Positions 37,020 to 47,005 of a stretch of DNA of 64,000 nucleotides are shown piece by piece. The position numbers and the translations under genes are program-made. The notes below the pieces were generated by a model. It worked only from the letters and a program-made list of their open reading frames with translations. It was not told where the DNA came from and ran no database searches. Origin of the DNA: a virus. How positions within the stretch are numbered: the stretch's first letter is position 1; each line of letters starts with the position of its first letter. The stretch spans positions 33,605 to 97,604 of the IMG/VR virus record IMGVR_UViG_3300045976_000088. The stretch is one strand, 5' to 3'.

Positions 37020-37690
37020 GTGGTCAATTCGACAATCTGCTGAAGGACATCGAAGGTCTGACGGCAGGCAGCGAGGCCCTGGCAAAAGCGCTCCAGACGG
37101 ACGGCGAGGATGACGAAAAGATCCAAGCTGCTGCCGCTGGCGCCAATGCCGAGGGCGGTGAAGCCGGCGCGGCCGGCAGCAACGATGGCGGCGCAACGCC
37201 GGCCGGCGAAGGCAACGGCGGCGACAAGCCGCTGGTGAAGTCTCTGACCGTGAAGCTGCCCGACGGCACCGAGGTGGAGGCCGCCGACGGCGCCGAACTG
37301 CTGAAGGCCATCAACGATCTCAGCGAGCGCGTGGGCAAGAGCGAGGGCGACCTGGCGAAGGCGCTCGGCGGCGCCGTGGCGCTGATGAAAAGCCAGTCCG
37401 CTGTGATCAAGCAGCAGGGCGATCTGCTCAAGTCGTTGAGCGAGCAGGTCAAGAAGCTGGGCGGCGAAGGCCGTGGCCGCAAGACCACCGTGGTGGTCGG
37501 CGCACCGGGCACCGAACAACCGCTCGCCAAGAGCGAGACCGCCAGCATGACTCCGCAGGAGTTCATGCTGAAGGCCACCTCCGCGTTCGACAACGGCAAG
37601 TTGTCGGGCAAAGAGCTCACCGTGATCGACGTGTCGCTCCGCTCGGGGCAGCCCATCGACCCGGCGCTGATCCAGAAGGTCGTCGGCTGA
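37016..37690 (+). CDS. Probable scaffold protein
   Basis: Lies between protease and capsid; acidic/helical with many LxK[AS] sites. Confidence 0.65.
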   Translation: MSGQFDNLLKDIEGLTAGSEALAKALQTDGEDDEKIQAAAAGANAEGGEAGAAGSNDGGATPAGEGNGGDKPLVKSLTVKLPDGTEVEAADGAELLKAINDLSERVGKSEGDLAKALGGAVALMKSQSAVIKQQGDLLKSLSEQVKKLGGEGRGRKTTVVVGAPGTEQPLAKSETASMTPQEFMLKATSAFDNGKLSGKELTVIDVSLRSGQPIDPALIQKVVG

Positions 37691-37727
37691 CGATCGAACC
37701 AACCGGCAACACCTCACAGAGGAAAAC

Positions 37728-39233
37728 ATGAATCCGATCCTGTCTCAATTCGCGGGTGTCGCACCGGGTGGTGCGATCCCCACGCTGGGCGGCTCGACCA
37801 GTGGTGCTCTCGCGCAGTTCGAGGATCTGCAGAAAGCGCTCCAGGCGAGCAACTATCAGACCGACGTCGCAAACCTGACCGGTGGCGGCGCGCTGGGTGT
37901 GCAGTCGCTGGACACGGCGATGAAGACCACCATCCAGGAGAACGAGCACTTCGTGCTGTTCAATCGCCTGGCGAAGACCAACGCGACGAACATCGTCGAC
38001 GAGTACACCCGCCAGAACGGCGTGGGTGGCTTCCTGGGCGGCACCACCAACACCCAGCTGGGTGTGGTGCGCGCGGCTCAGGGCGACTACGCCCGTGAAG
38101 TCGGCCTGGTGAAGTTCCTCATGTCGCTGCGTCAGGTCGGCTACGTCCTGAACATCGGCAAGAACATCACCGAGGCCACCGCGGTCGAGGAACGCAACGG
38201 TGCCCTGCAGCTGCTGACCGACGCCGAGTACCTGCTGTTCCACGGAAATGCCTCGGCCTGCCCGACGCAGTTCGATGGCATCTTCGCGCAGCTCGACAAG
38301 GAAATCGCCGCCGGAAACATGGGCAGCGACCACGTGATCGACATGAACGGCGGCGCCGTCAACAGCGTCGACCCGTTCTCGCAGGTCAACGTGGCGGTGA
38401 TGCGCTACGGCTCGTGGGGTCGCCTGACCGACGCGCTGCTGCCGATCAGCGTGCAGAACGACCTGAACCAGGGTCTCGATCCGGCCTTCCGCTGGATGCC
38501 CGGTCAGAACAACACGCCGATGATCGGCGCGCACGTCGAGGGCATCCGCCTGCAGGGTGGTGTCGTGAAGACCGCGCAGGACACGTTCCTGCACGACGAG
38601 AACCATCCGATGGTCTCGCCGTTCCAGGTCAGCTACTCGGCCACCGCCACGGCGAACGCCGCCATCAACCCGGCAAGCCTCACCGGCTCGGCCGCCAACG
38701 ACAGCGCGTCGATGTTCACGTCGACCCGCGCCGGCAACTACTACTACGCCGTCGAGGCGATCGACTCGACCGGCGCAGGCATGTCGCAGCTGGCGATCAG
38801 CGCCCAGGTGGCCGTGGCCTCCGGCCAGTCGGTGACGCTGACGATCACCAAGTCGTCGGCCGGCACCGAGTCCGGCTACCGCATCTTCCGCTCGAAGCAG
38901 AACGGCGACAACACGCCGGCCAACTTCCGGCTGATGACGGTGGTGGCGAAGGCCGCAGGCAACACCACGACCTACGTCGACCAGAACCGCGAGATCCCGG
39001 GCACGGTGAAGATCCCGCTGCTGGACATGGCTCCGGGCGCCGACGCCATCGGCTGGCGTCAGTTCCAGCCGATGACCAAGATCCCGCTGCCGTTCGGCGT
39101 CGGCGGTGTGCCGGTGATCAGCTGGTTCCAGTTCCTGTTCGGCTACCTGCGGATCACCAAGCCGAAGCGCCACGGCTACATCAAGAACGTGCTGCCGACC
39201 AAGGCGGTGTGGCGCCCCTTCACTGCGGAGTGA
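37728..39233 (+). CDS. Major capsid protein
   Basis: LQKAL...GGALGVQSLD, EYLLFHG...QFDG motifs; strong codon bias; GAGG SD. Confidence 0.88.
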   Translation: MNPILSQFAGVAPGGAIPTLGGSTSGALAQFEDLQKALQASNYQTDVANLTGGGALGVQSLDTAMKTTIQENEHFVLFNRLAKTNATNIVDEYTRQNGVGGFLGGTTNTQLGVVRAAQGDYAREVGLVKFLMSLRQVGYVLNIGKNITEATAVEERNGALQLLTDAEYLLFHGNASACPTQFDGIFAQLDKEIAAGNMGSDHVIDMNGGAVNSVDPFSQVNVAVMRYGSWGRLTDALLPISVQNDLNQGLDPAFRWMPGQNNTPMIGAHVEGIRLQGGVVKTAQDTFLHDENHPMVSPFQVSYSATATANAAINPASLTGSAANDSASMFTSTRAGNYYYAVEAIDSTGAGMSQLAISAQVAVASGQSVTLTITKSSAGTESGYRIFRSKQNGDNTPANFRLMTVVAKAAGNTTTYVDQNREIPGTVKIPLLDMAPGADAIGWRQFQPMTKIPLPFGVGGVPVISWFQFLFGYLRITKPKRHGYIKNVLPTKAVWRPFTAE

Positions 39234-39307
39234 CGCAGACGGGCCGCAAGGCCCATTGATCAGGCCCGGCTCCCTCGTGGGGCCGGGCTTACCACCAGGA
39301 GATTCAC

Positions 39308-39673
39308 GTGCCCAAAGTCATCTGCAAGCTGCCCAACGCCTCCGAGAAAATCAGCGGCGTCAACTTCACGCAGCACCCCGACGGCGCCGAGTTCGGCATG
39401 GTCTCCGAGGAGATCAGCCAGGACCAGGCCGACGTCTTCGCCTCGATCCCGGGCTACGAGCTCGTCGGCGCACCGGACAAGGAACTCGTCGACCTGCGCG
39501 CCCAGGCCGAAGCCCTTGGCATCAAGGTCGACCAGCGCTGGAAGCCCGCGCGGCTGCGCCAGGAGATCAAGGCGGTGCAGGACGATCCGAGCGCCAAGGC
39601 CGCCACCCCGGCACCCGCCCCAGCCTCGGCGCCCGGTGCTGGTGAGCAGGCGTCGCAGCCCCCGACCACCTGA
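39308..39673 (+). CDS. Hypothetical head-associated protein
   Basis: AGGAG SD; LRAQAEALGIKVDQRW HeH-like motif. Confidence 0.65.
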   Translation: MPKVICKLPNASEKISGVNFTQHPDGAEFGMVSEEISQDQADVFASIPGYELVGAPDKELVDLRAQAEALGIKVDQRWKPARLRQEIKAVQDDPSAKAATPAPAPASAPGAGEQASQPPTT

Positions 39674-39702
39674 TCTACTCTCGCACCTGAAAGGCCAACG
39701 CC

Positions 39703-39933
39703 ATGTCCGCACCGATTCGCCAGAAGCAGCTGAACAAGCTCAACCCCGCCGCCGCCCATGCCAAGCTGGGCGATGTGCTCAACGACCTGATCGTGCAGGT
39801 GAACGCGCTGTGGGTCGCTGTCAACGCCATCTGCGTGAAGCTCGACGCTGACGCCGGCGTGACCGACACGAACTACACCTCGACGATCGCGCCGAGCGCG
39901 GTGACCGTGAAGGATCTGGAGAGCCGCGGCTGA
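39703..39933 (+). CDS. Hypothetical virion protein
   Basis: 76-aa ORF in the head operon. Confidence 0.6.
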   Translation: MSAPIRQKQLNKLNPAAAHAKLGDVLNDLIVQVNALWVAVNAICVKLDADAGVTDTNYTSTIAPSAVTVKDLESRG

Positions 39934-39956
39934 CGCCAGTCAATCCACCGAACTGA

Positions 39957-39993
39957 AAGCGCCGCCAGGGGTACCTGCGCGGCGCTTTTTCTT
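39957..39993 (+). terminator. Rho-independent terminator
   Basis: AAGCGCCGC...GCGGCGCTT followed by a T tail. Confidence 0.75.
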
Positions 39994-39994
39994 G

Positions 39995-40009
39995 TCGTGA
40001 CTTCATAGT
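39995..40009 (+). promoter_or_regulatory. TCGTGA-box promoter, leadered type
   Basis: TCGTGA-ctt-CATAGT directly after the terminator; AAGGA SD and ATG 40072. Confidence 0.68.
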
Positions 40010-40071
40010 TCACGCGCGGGCTGACAGGCCCCGGAACCACCAATTCGCAGGCCTCTGCAAAGGACATTTCC

Positions 40072-40491
40072 ATGTCGGCTTACAACAAGTTCAACGTCTT
40101 CGCGACGGACCTCACCAACGGGAAGCACAACTTCTCGTCGGACAGCATCAAGGTGATGCTCACCAACACCGCACCGGTCGCGACCAATGCGGTCAAGGCC
40201 GACATCACCGAAATCGCTGCAGGCAACGGCTACACCGCTGGCGGCAGCGCGACGACGATCACGAAGTCGAACAGCTCTGGCACCGAAAAGATCGTCGGCT
40301 CCAACGTGGTGTTCACCGCGACCGGCGCTGTCGGCCCGTTCCGCTACGCGGTGCTCTACAACGACACGCAGGCCAGCCCCGCCAAGCCGCTGATCGGCTG
40401 GTGGGACTATGGTTCGAGCATCAGCCTGGCGAACGGCGAGACGTTCACTGTCTCCTTCGACGCGACGAACGGCATCTTCCAGGTCGGTTGA
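40072..40491 (+). CDS. Virion structural protein
   Basis: IKVMLTN...EIAAGNGYTAGG...FRYAVLYN...LIGWWDYG, a common phage fibre/decoration family pattern. Confidence 0.7.
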   Translation: MSAYNKFNVFATDLTNGKHNFSSDSIKVMLTNTAPVATNAVKADITEIAAGNGYTAGGSATTITKSNSSGTEKIVGSNVVFTATGAVGPFRYAVLYNDTQASPAKPLIGWWDYGSSISLANGETFTVSFDATNGIFQVG

Positions 40492-42452
40492 TGCCGATGC
40501 CGCGCGGCCTGCGTATCGGGTTCCCGGGGCCGAAAGTGCTGCTTGCCAGCACCGCCATCGCGGTGCAGGTGCTGGCTCAGCAGTGTTCGCTCGGCCGCCA
40601 CTCTCTGCTGGGTGCAGCAGAGGGGCAGTATGCTTTTGGCGGCCAGGCGGTGCTGTTCAGCAAGGCGACCAGCACCGTACCCTACATCACGTGGGTGGAT
40701 TTCCCGGCGGCGCCCGTCTCCGGCGGCGAGAACAACAAGGGCTATTACCTCACGCTCGGGATCAAGAACGCCGGCGCGTTCAGCGACTGGGGCGTCACCT
40801 CACACGTGACGATCGGCGGCGTCGAGGTGGACAACTACCGCTGTTTGGTCAGCCCGCCGGCAGGGTCGTTCGATGCACTGGTTGGCGTGAAGTACCTGCG
40901 CGTGCAGGTGGGCGCGCTCACGGGCCTGTCGATCGGCACAACCTACCCGGTGTCGGTCACGGTCAACGGCACGGCGCCGGCCAACACGCTCAGCGGCGGC
41001 TACTACCTCGACCCGTTCGGCGAGCAGATCAGTTTCATGCCGGTCGCCGGCACGATTCTGGTGGTCGATCCCGTCAGCGGCAACAACGCCAACTCTGGCG
41101 CCTGGGGCTCGCCGCTCAAGGATCTCCAGACGTCGACTGGTAGCGCGGGCGCGTACCGCATCAACACCTCGGCCAATGGGACCGATGGCATCCACCCCGG
41201 CACGTTCATCGTTTGCCGCAGCGGAACGTCGACGACCACGGGCCTGAACAACCGCGGCGCCGACCTGTTTCGTATCACGGGCACGGCGCCGACGGGTGCC
41301 GTCGACCGCGGCCCCATCTGCTGCACTTCCTACCCCGGCGCGGCCGGCGCGAACAGCGAGGAGTGGTTCACGTGGGCCGGCCCGAGCGGCACCGGCGGCA
41401 TGTTCAATGGGAACGACAGCACGCGCGCGGTAGAGACCAGCACCAGCTTCGGCGGCTTTACTGGCTGGTGCCAATATATGTGGTTCAGCCGCGTGAAGGG
41501 GGCCGTCAATGCCGGCAGCGGCGCCGACGCGGGCCCGTTCAATGTGCAGAACCTCGGCCAGAACTGGCGCGTGATCGCGTGCGAGATGACCTGGCCCAGC
41601 ACCAACAGCAGCAGCCAGGCGCGCAGCGGCGGCGTGGAAGGCAGCCCGGTCAACAGCCGCTTCTACAGCAACTACATCCACGACATTTACGGCACCGGCG
41701 CAGAGGCCGACACCAACCACGGCTTCTACTTCGACGGTTTCAGCAGTGGCGTGGGTGACGTGGCCTACGGCAACATCGTCGCCTACAACTACATCTACAA
41801 CATCACCTTCGGCAACGGTGTCCAGTTCTACAACGGCGTCAACTCAAGCGACACGCTGCGCAGCAACACCGTTGCCTTCAACGTGATCGACACCGTGCAC
41901 AAGCACGGGGTCAACATCAGCAACCAGACGAGCTCGGTGCAGGTCTACAACAACCTGATCCTGCGCTCTGGTGAGTGTGGCGTCGAGATCCAGACCAGCG
42001 CCGCGTCAGGCACGAACTCGATCGTGGTCAGCAACAACACGATCTACGGCTGGGGCATGTCCGCGGCAAACGCCTTCGCGATCGCGCACACATCGACGAG
42101 CTCGGGCGGAACCATGCGCGCGGAGAACAACATCTGCATGCAGACGCCGAGCCATGCCGCCAACGGCTACACCTTCTTCACGCGAAACAGCACCGAGATC
42201 ACGCCAGCCAAGAACCGCTGGTACGATCCGAACGGCCTACTGACCGCCAAGCCGACCGAGGACACGACGGGAAGCTACGGAGATCCTGGCTTCTCGAACG
42301 CGGCCGGCGGTGACTTTAGCCTGGCGAACGGCAGCGCCTGCATCGATGCGGGCAACGCGCCGGCGGGTATCACTCGCGCGTGGGGCTTTGCGCTCAACGC
42401 GGCGCCACAGGGTAGCGCCAACGATCAAGGCGCCTTCGAGAGGGCTGCGTAA
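40491..42452 (+). CDS. Right-handed beta-helix (pectate-lyase-like) fibre/depolymerase
   Basis: Asn/Gly ladders (NYIHDI, YNYIYN, NNLI, NNTIY, NNI) and C-terminal DPGF...DFSL..GSACIDAG. Confidence 0.7.
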   Translation: MPMPRGLRIGFPGPKVLLASTAIAVQVLAQQCSLGRHSLLGAAEGQYAFGGQAVLFSKATSTVPYITWVDFPAAPVSGGENNKGYYLTLGIKNAGAFSDWGVTSHVTIGGVEVDNYRCLVSPPAGSFDALVGVKYLRVQVGALTGLSIGTTYPVSVTVNGTAPANTLSGGYYLDPFGEQISFMPVAGTILVVDPVSGNNANSGAWGSPLKDLQTSTGSAGAYRINTSANGTDGIHPGTFIVCRSGTSTTTGLNNRGADLFRITGTAPTGAVDRGPICCTSYPGAAGANSEEWFTWAGPSGTGGMFNGNDSTRAVETSTSFGGFTGWCQYMWFSRVKGAVNAGSGADAGPFNVQNLGQNWRVIACEMTWPSTNSSSQARSGGVEGSPVNSRFYSNYIHDIYGTGAEADTNHGFYFDGFSSGVGDVAYGNIVAYNYIYNITFGNGVQFYNGVNSSDTLRSNTVAFNVIDTVHKHGVNISNQTSSVQVYNNLILRSGECGVEIQTSAASGTNSIVVSNNTIYGWGMSAANAFAIAHTSTSSGGTMRAENNICMQTPSHAANGYTFFTRNSTEITPAKNRWYDPNGLLTAKPTEDTTGSYGDPGFSNAAGGDFSLANGSACIDAGNAPAGITRAWGFALNAAPQGSANDQGAFERAA

Positions 42453-44317
42453 TGGCCTGGCGCTCCGGCTCAGCTGGCAACCACGTCGGCAACGAAGTTT
42501 TCACCGTTGCCGCGCCCGCCGGGCTGGCCTCGAACGACATCCTGCTCGGCGGCCTGACCGACGACACCAACACCGCTACGCCTACGCCACCGTCGGGCTT
42601 CACGGCGTTGGCGTCGGCCGACCTGACCGGCCCCGACTCTCAGATCGTTCGTAGCTACTGGAAGCGCGCCGGTAGCTCTGAGCCGACGTCTTATAGCTGG
42701 CAGAGCAGCCAGGGCTACGTCGAAGTGGTGATGGGCGCCTGGTCAGGGCGCAGCACATCATCTTCGCCTGTGGCCGGCACCCCGCTGCAAAGCACGGTCT
42801 CTAACGCTTCAGGCGCTACGCTCTCTGTTCCGGGCGTCACCGCTTCGAGCGGTGACGATCTTGCGATCGTCGTCGGTCTCGATCAAACGGTGCAGACCGA
42901 CGTCTGGACCGTTGCTGGTCCTGATGGAACTTGGACGCTGCGCGAGATTTCCAGCCCAGGGCAGTGGGGAACGATTGCGCTGCTGACGAAGGATAACGTC
43001 AGCGCTGGAGCGACCGGCAACCTCAACGTCACCGTCACGCGATCCTCTGGCAGTGGCGGTGTCGGTGTCGGTGCGTTTGTGGTCCGCATCCCTTCGGCTG
43101 CCGGCAATGCCTACACGCTCACCGCGGCGGAAGGCTCGTTCTCGGTCACTCCGCAGACCACGAAGCTCCTGGCCGGCCACAAGTTGACCGCAGCCCAAGG
43201 CGCGATTTCCGTCACGCCGAAGACGACGCTGCTGGAGCACGGCTACCAGGTCGCCGCAGCTCAGGGATCGCTGGCAATTACGCCGAAGACCACCTCGTTG
43301 CTTGCGGGGCACACCGTCATTGCCGCCCAAGGAAACTACCAGGTCATGGGCTCGGCCGCTGTGGGCGATTACGCCGTCACCGCGAGCTCCGGCAGCTACT
43401 CGATCACGCCCGGCACCACGGTCTTCCAGCACGCCGCTGACCTGACGGCCGCAGAAGGCACGCTGTCGATTGCCGGCCACGCGGCGACACTCGGGGTCGG
43501 TCGTAAGCTGGCCGCGGCTCAGGGCGCCTTCGCCATCAGCGCGCAGACCACAAACCTGCTGGCGGCGCGGAATGTCGCTGCCGGACAAGGATCGCTCGCA
43601 GTCTCGGGTCAGGCAGCGACGCTGCTGCACGCCTACGACCTGACGGCAGCGCAAGGGACGTTCTCGATTTCCGGGCACGCCGCGACGCTGCTGCACGGCG
43701 ATGCCGTGGTGGCGGCGCTGGGTTCCTACAGCATCTTGGGGCAGGCATCCAGCCTGGTTCGAGCGCTCCGAGTGACCGCGGCGTCGGGTACGTTCGCTGT
43801 CGATGGTTTCAGCGCCACGCTGGCGCCTTCGAGCTCGCCAACCCTTGGCGCTGATACCGGCGCACTATCCGTGGCCGGCCAGGCCGCAATGCTTCTGCGC
43901 TCGGCTGACTTGGTGGCCGCGGCCGGGCCCTATGCGGTCTCCGGTCAGGCCGCTGGGTTTCAGCGCGGCTACCTCATGCCAGCTGGCGCTGACGCGATCG
44001 TCGTCACGGGTCTTCCGGCGCTACTGCGCCGTGGTGCCGCTGTCATGGCGAACCAGGGCGCCTATGCTGTTTCCGGCCGGGCGGCCAGCTTGTCGCAAGC
44101 TATCGGGCTTGCGGCCGGCTTCGGCTCCTACTCGATCAGCGGCTATGCGGCCGCGCTCGATGTGCCGCAGCACCTGCTGATGGCAAACGGCGGCCTCTAC
44201 AGGGTGACGGGCACCGTTGCGGGCCTGGCGATCGGCGGCGTGTCCTTGCCGGTGGCCCCCCCAGGGCGCTTCTTCACGCTCAAGAAGCATGATCGAAAAT
44301 TCACGCTGCGCCGCTAG
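42452..44317 (+). CDS. Repetitive fibre-like virion protein
   Basis: Many ~23-aa repeats of L-x-A-x-x-G-x-[FY]-x-[VI]-x-G-x-x-A-x-L. Confidence 0.7.
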   Translation: MAWRSGSAGNHVGNEVFTVAAPAGLASNDILLGGLTDDTNTATPTPPSGFTALASADLTGPDSQIVRSYWKRAGSSEPTSYSWQSSQGYVEVVMGAWSGRSTSSSPVAGTPLQSTVSNASGATLSVPGVTASSGDDLAIVVGLDQTVQTDVWTVAGPDGTWTLREISSPGQWGTIALLTKDNVSAGATGNLNVTVTRSSGSGGVGVGAFVVRIPSAAGNAYTLTAAEGSFSVTPQTTKLLAGHKLTAAQGAISVTPKTTLLEHGYQVAAAQGSLAITPKTTSLLAGHTVIAAQGNYQVMGSAAVGDYAVTASSGSYSITPGTTVFQHAADLTAAEGTLSIAGHAATLGVGRKLAAAQGAFAISAQTTNLLAARNVAAGQGSLAVSGQAATLLHAYDLTAAQGTFSISGHAATLLHGDAVVAALGSYSILGQASSLVRALRVTAASGTFAVDGFSATLAPSSSPTLGADTGALSVAGQAAMLLRSADLVAAAGPYAVSGQAAGFQRGYLMPAGADAIVVTGLPALLRRGAAVMANQGAYAVSGRAASLSQAIGLAAGFGSYSISGYAAALDVPQHLLMANGGLYRVTGTVAGLAIGGVSLPVAPPGRFFTLKKHDRKFTLRR

Positions 44318-44329
44318 GCGCCATGGAGA

Positions 44330-45445
44330 TTGACGGTGAGCATTGACGTTTCACTCGACGACGAAGTTCCTTGGAGCCAGAAGGACAAGGACGCCACTCC
44401 GAACTACTCGTTCGACCTGACGCCGCTGCTCGGCGGCGCCACGCTGTCCGGGTGCACGTGGGCTGTGACGCCGGCCGGCGGTGCGTCGGTCGTGCTGTCG
44501 TCGATCTCTGGCAATGTGGCAACGGTGCAGGTCACCGGTGGCGTGGTCAACAACTGGTACAGCCTGACCGCCACCTACACGACGTCTGACGGCCAGACCG
44601 ATCAGTTCACTTTCCGGCTGTTCATCGAGCCGGATGCGGAGACCGTGCCCCAGCTCGGCACGCTGCTGTTCCCGAACCGCTACACGGCTGTGGCGAACCT
44701 GCGCCGCGACCGTCTGATGTTGGCCGCAGCCACGGTGCTGCCGAACCTCGATCTCTCCGACGATTACATCTTCGGCATGCTGTCGGCGGCCGAGGCTGAG
44801 ATCGCGCGCCGGCTGCGCGTGCCGCTCGTGCCGACGAAGTTTTTCCCGCTGCAGCCCACCGACGACCAGATCAACGCCCTCAATGGCATGCCCTGGCAGA
44901 TCGATCCGGGCTACGACTACAGCGCGAACCAGTTCGCAGGCGACTCGTGGGGCTACATCAAGCTGCGCCACAAGCCGATCATCTCGATCGACCAGATCCA
45001 GTTCGCCTACCCGGCACCGCAGGCTGGCCTGTTCACGATCCCCAGCGACTGGATTCGCATCGACGCGAAGTACGGCACTCTGCAGCTGGTGCCGTCGGCC
45101 GTTACCCTGTCGGTACCACTGAGCTCGCTGATCATGCAGGCGATCGCCGGCGGCCGCACGATCCCCTTCATGATGCAGGTCACCTATACGGCTGGCCTGG
45201 CGAATGCGGCGGGCGACTTCCCTGAGCTCCTGGACGTGGTGCAGAAGCAGACCGTGCTGAAGATCATGGAGGATTGCTTCTTCCCGCAGTCCGGCTCGAT
45301 CAGCGCTGACGGCTTGTCGCAGAGCCTGAGCGTCAACATGGACAACTACCGCGACACGATCGACCGGATCATCGACGGCCCGAAGGGGGCGAACGGTGGC
45401 CTCATGTCGGCGATCCACGGCGTGCGTTCGATGACGCTGGGATGA
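44330..45445 (+). CDS. Head-tail adaptor/neck protein
   Basis: IKLRHKPIISI, QVTYTAG and SISADGLSQS motifs; position. Confidence 0.65.
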   Translation: MTVSIDVSLDDEVPWSQKDKDATPNYSFDLTPLLGGATLSGCTWAVTPAGGASVVLSSISGNVATVQVTGGVVNNWYSLTATYTTSDGQTDQFTFRLFIEPDAETVPQLGTLLFPNRYTAVANLRRDRLMLAAATVLPNLDLSDDYIFGMLSAAEAEIARRLRVPLVPTKFFPLQPTDDQINALNGMPWQIDPGYDYSANQFAGDSWGYIKLRHKPIISIDQIQFAYPAPQAGLFTIPSDWIRIDAKYGTLQLVPSAVTLSVPLSSLIMQAIAGGRTIPFMMQVTYTAGLANAAGDFPELLDVVQKQTVLKIMEDCFFPQSGSISADGLSQSLSVNMDNYRDTIDRIIDGPKGANGGLMSAIHGVRSMTLG

Positions 45446-45448
45446 GCC

Positions 45449-46099
45449 ATGCAACTGAACCCGAACGCCTTCAACGCGCATCTCGCCAACATCGGCCAGC
45501 AGGTTTCTTGGCGGCAGAGCCACAACTGCCCCTGCATCAACCCGCACAGCGGTGCCGCCAAGCCGGGCTGCCCGGTGTGCGGCGGCCGCGGCCGGTTTTG
45601 GGATCCGTCCGTGGCTGGCGTGATCGGCATTGCGAACCAGCAGGTGCAAAAGCGCTGGGCGCAGATGGGTCGCTACGAGGCCGGCGATGCCGTGGTGACG
45701 GTGCCGGAGAACTCCGCGGTCTATGACGCCGGCCAGTTCGACCGCGTACTGATGCTCAACAGCACCGACCGCTTTTCGGTGTCTCTGATGCACGGCGCCT
45801 CGAACGAACGCCTGTACTACTCACTGCAGAGCGTCGATCGCGTGTTCTGGCTCACCAATGGCGGCCTGCCGCTGGTGGAGGGTGGCATCCCCACCGTTGC
45901 GGACAACGGCGTGCTCACGTGGAGCTCCGGCGAGCCGCCGGCTGGCATGACGTACACGATCGAAGGCTCGAAGTTCAGCGAGTATTTCGTCTTCGACTCG
46001 ATGCCGAGCGATCGCAACGAGCACAGCGGCGCGAGGCTGCCGCGCAAGATCGTGCTGCGTAACTTCGACCTGTATGGTCGAGCCGGCGACAACTCCTAG
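45449..46099 (+). CDS. Neck/head-closure protein
   Basis: CPC...CPVCGGRG motif; position. Confidence 0.6.
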   Translation: MQLNPNAFNAHLANIGQQVSWRQSHNCPCINPHSGAAKPGCPVCGGRGRFWDPSVAGVIGIANQQVQKRWAQMGRYEAGDAVVTVPENSAVYDAGQFDRVLMLNSTDRFSVSLMHGASNERLYYSLQSVDRVFWLTNGGLPLVEGGIPTVADNGVLTWSSGEPPAGMTYTIEGSKFSEYFVFDSMPSDRNEHSGARLPRKIVLRNFDLYGRAGDNS

Positions 46100-46956
46100 C
46101 CGCCGCGCTTGATCGCTTCGGTGAAGGCCTGCTCGGCGAGCGGCCGCATCTCGTTGGAGATGTTCTCGGCGATGTGTAGGCCGGGCTGCGCAGGAACGAT
46201 CCAGCCCGAAGATCCTTCCATCATCGTGCGGAAGGTCATGTAGGTCGAATATCGCTTGCCGCCAGGCGTGCGGCTGTCGAAGCGCACCATGCCGGCGTAG
46301 CGATCGGTCTTGCCATGCGGGTTGGGTCCGAGCATGGCAGCCGGCAGCCGGCCGCCCCACTGGTACTGCTGCCGCGGCACCATGTAGTGCTGCCGCGTGT
46401 GGATGCTCGACGCGAACGGCCGCTGCTGCGCGGCCGCGCGCATGCCGAACTTGGGGCTGAGCTCGGTCACCTCGCCGCTCGGCCGGAAGCTGCCCGCTGG
46501 CGTCGTCACCTTGCTGGCAGAGAGCTGTGAAGCGGCGTCGTAAATCTGCTGCGGCATCGCCGGACCGAGCGCATCGTTGCCTGGGGTGTTGTGGCGAAAC
46601 GGGATCACCAGGAACCGGCGCCCGTCCTTGGTGGTGCGCACCTTCAGCGAGGTGTCGAGCATCTTCTTCAGGTCGCGCGCCGGGCGGCCGCTCTCGATCT
46701 CGCTGGCGTACTTGTAGTCGCTGAAGACGAGCCAGGCGAACGGCCCCGTCTGCTGCAGCTGAATCGATTCCATGTAGGCGGTCTTCTCGCCGCTCCAGAG
46801 CTTGGCCCGGTAGACGGCCTCCATCCAACGGACCTGTGTTTGCTGCGCGACGGCGCGCACCGCCTGCGCCAGCCTGGGCAGCACTTGCTCGTTGACTGCC
46901 GACGTGGCGCTATCCAGCACCACGTTCAGGTCGATTGAGATCCGAAACTCAGCCAT
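46096..46956 (-). CDS. Probable neck/tail-completion protein, inverted relative to neighbours
   Basis: YASEIESG..DLKKML...FLVIPFRH; has its own leaderless promoter. Confidence 0.6.
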   Translation of the reverse strand: MAEFRISIDLNVVLDSATSAVNEQVLPRLAQAVRAVAQQTQVRWMEAVYRAKLWSGEKTAYMESIQLQQTGPFAWLVFSDYKYASEIESGRPARDLKKMLDTSLKVRTTKDGRRFLVIPFRHNTPGNDALGPAMPQQIYDAASQLSASKVTTPAGSFRPSGEVTELSPKFGMRAAAQQRPFASSIHTRQHYMVPRQQYQWGGRLPAAMLGPNPHGKTDRYAGMVRFDSRTPGGKRYSTYMTFRTMMEGSSGWIVPAQPGLHIAENISNEMRPLAEQAFTEAIKRGG

Positions 46957-47005
46957 GCCAGCAGGTTAGCGTCACGCGCCGGTGTCGTGACGCAACACTC
47001 GGAGC
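46957..47005. promoter_or_regulatory. Back-to-back divergent TCGTGA-box promoters, both leaderless
   Basis: Minus strand: GCGTGA-cgc-TAACCT-gctggc-ATG(46956). Plus strand: TCGTGA-cgc-AACACT-cggagc-ATG(47006). Confidence 0.75.
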
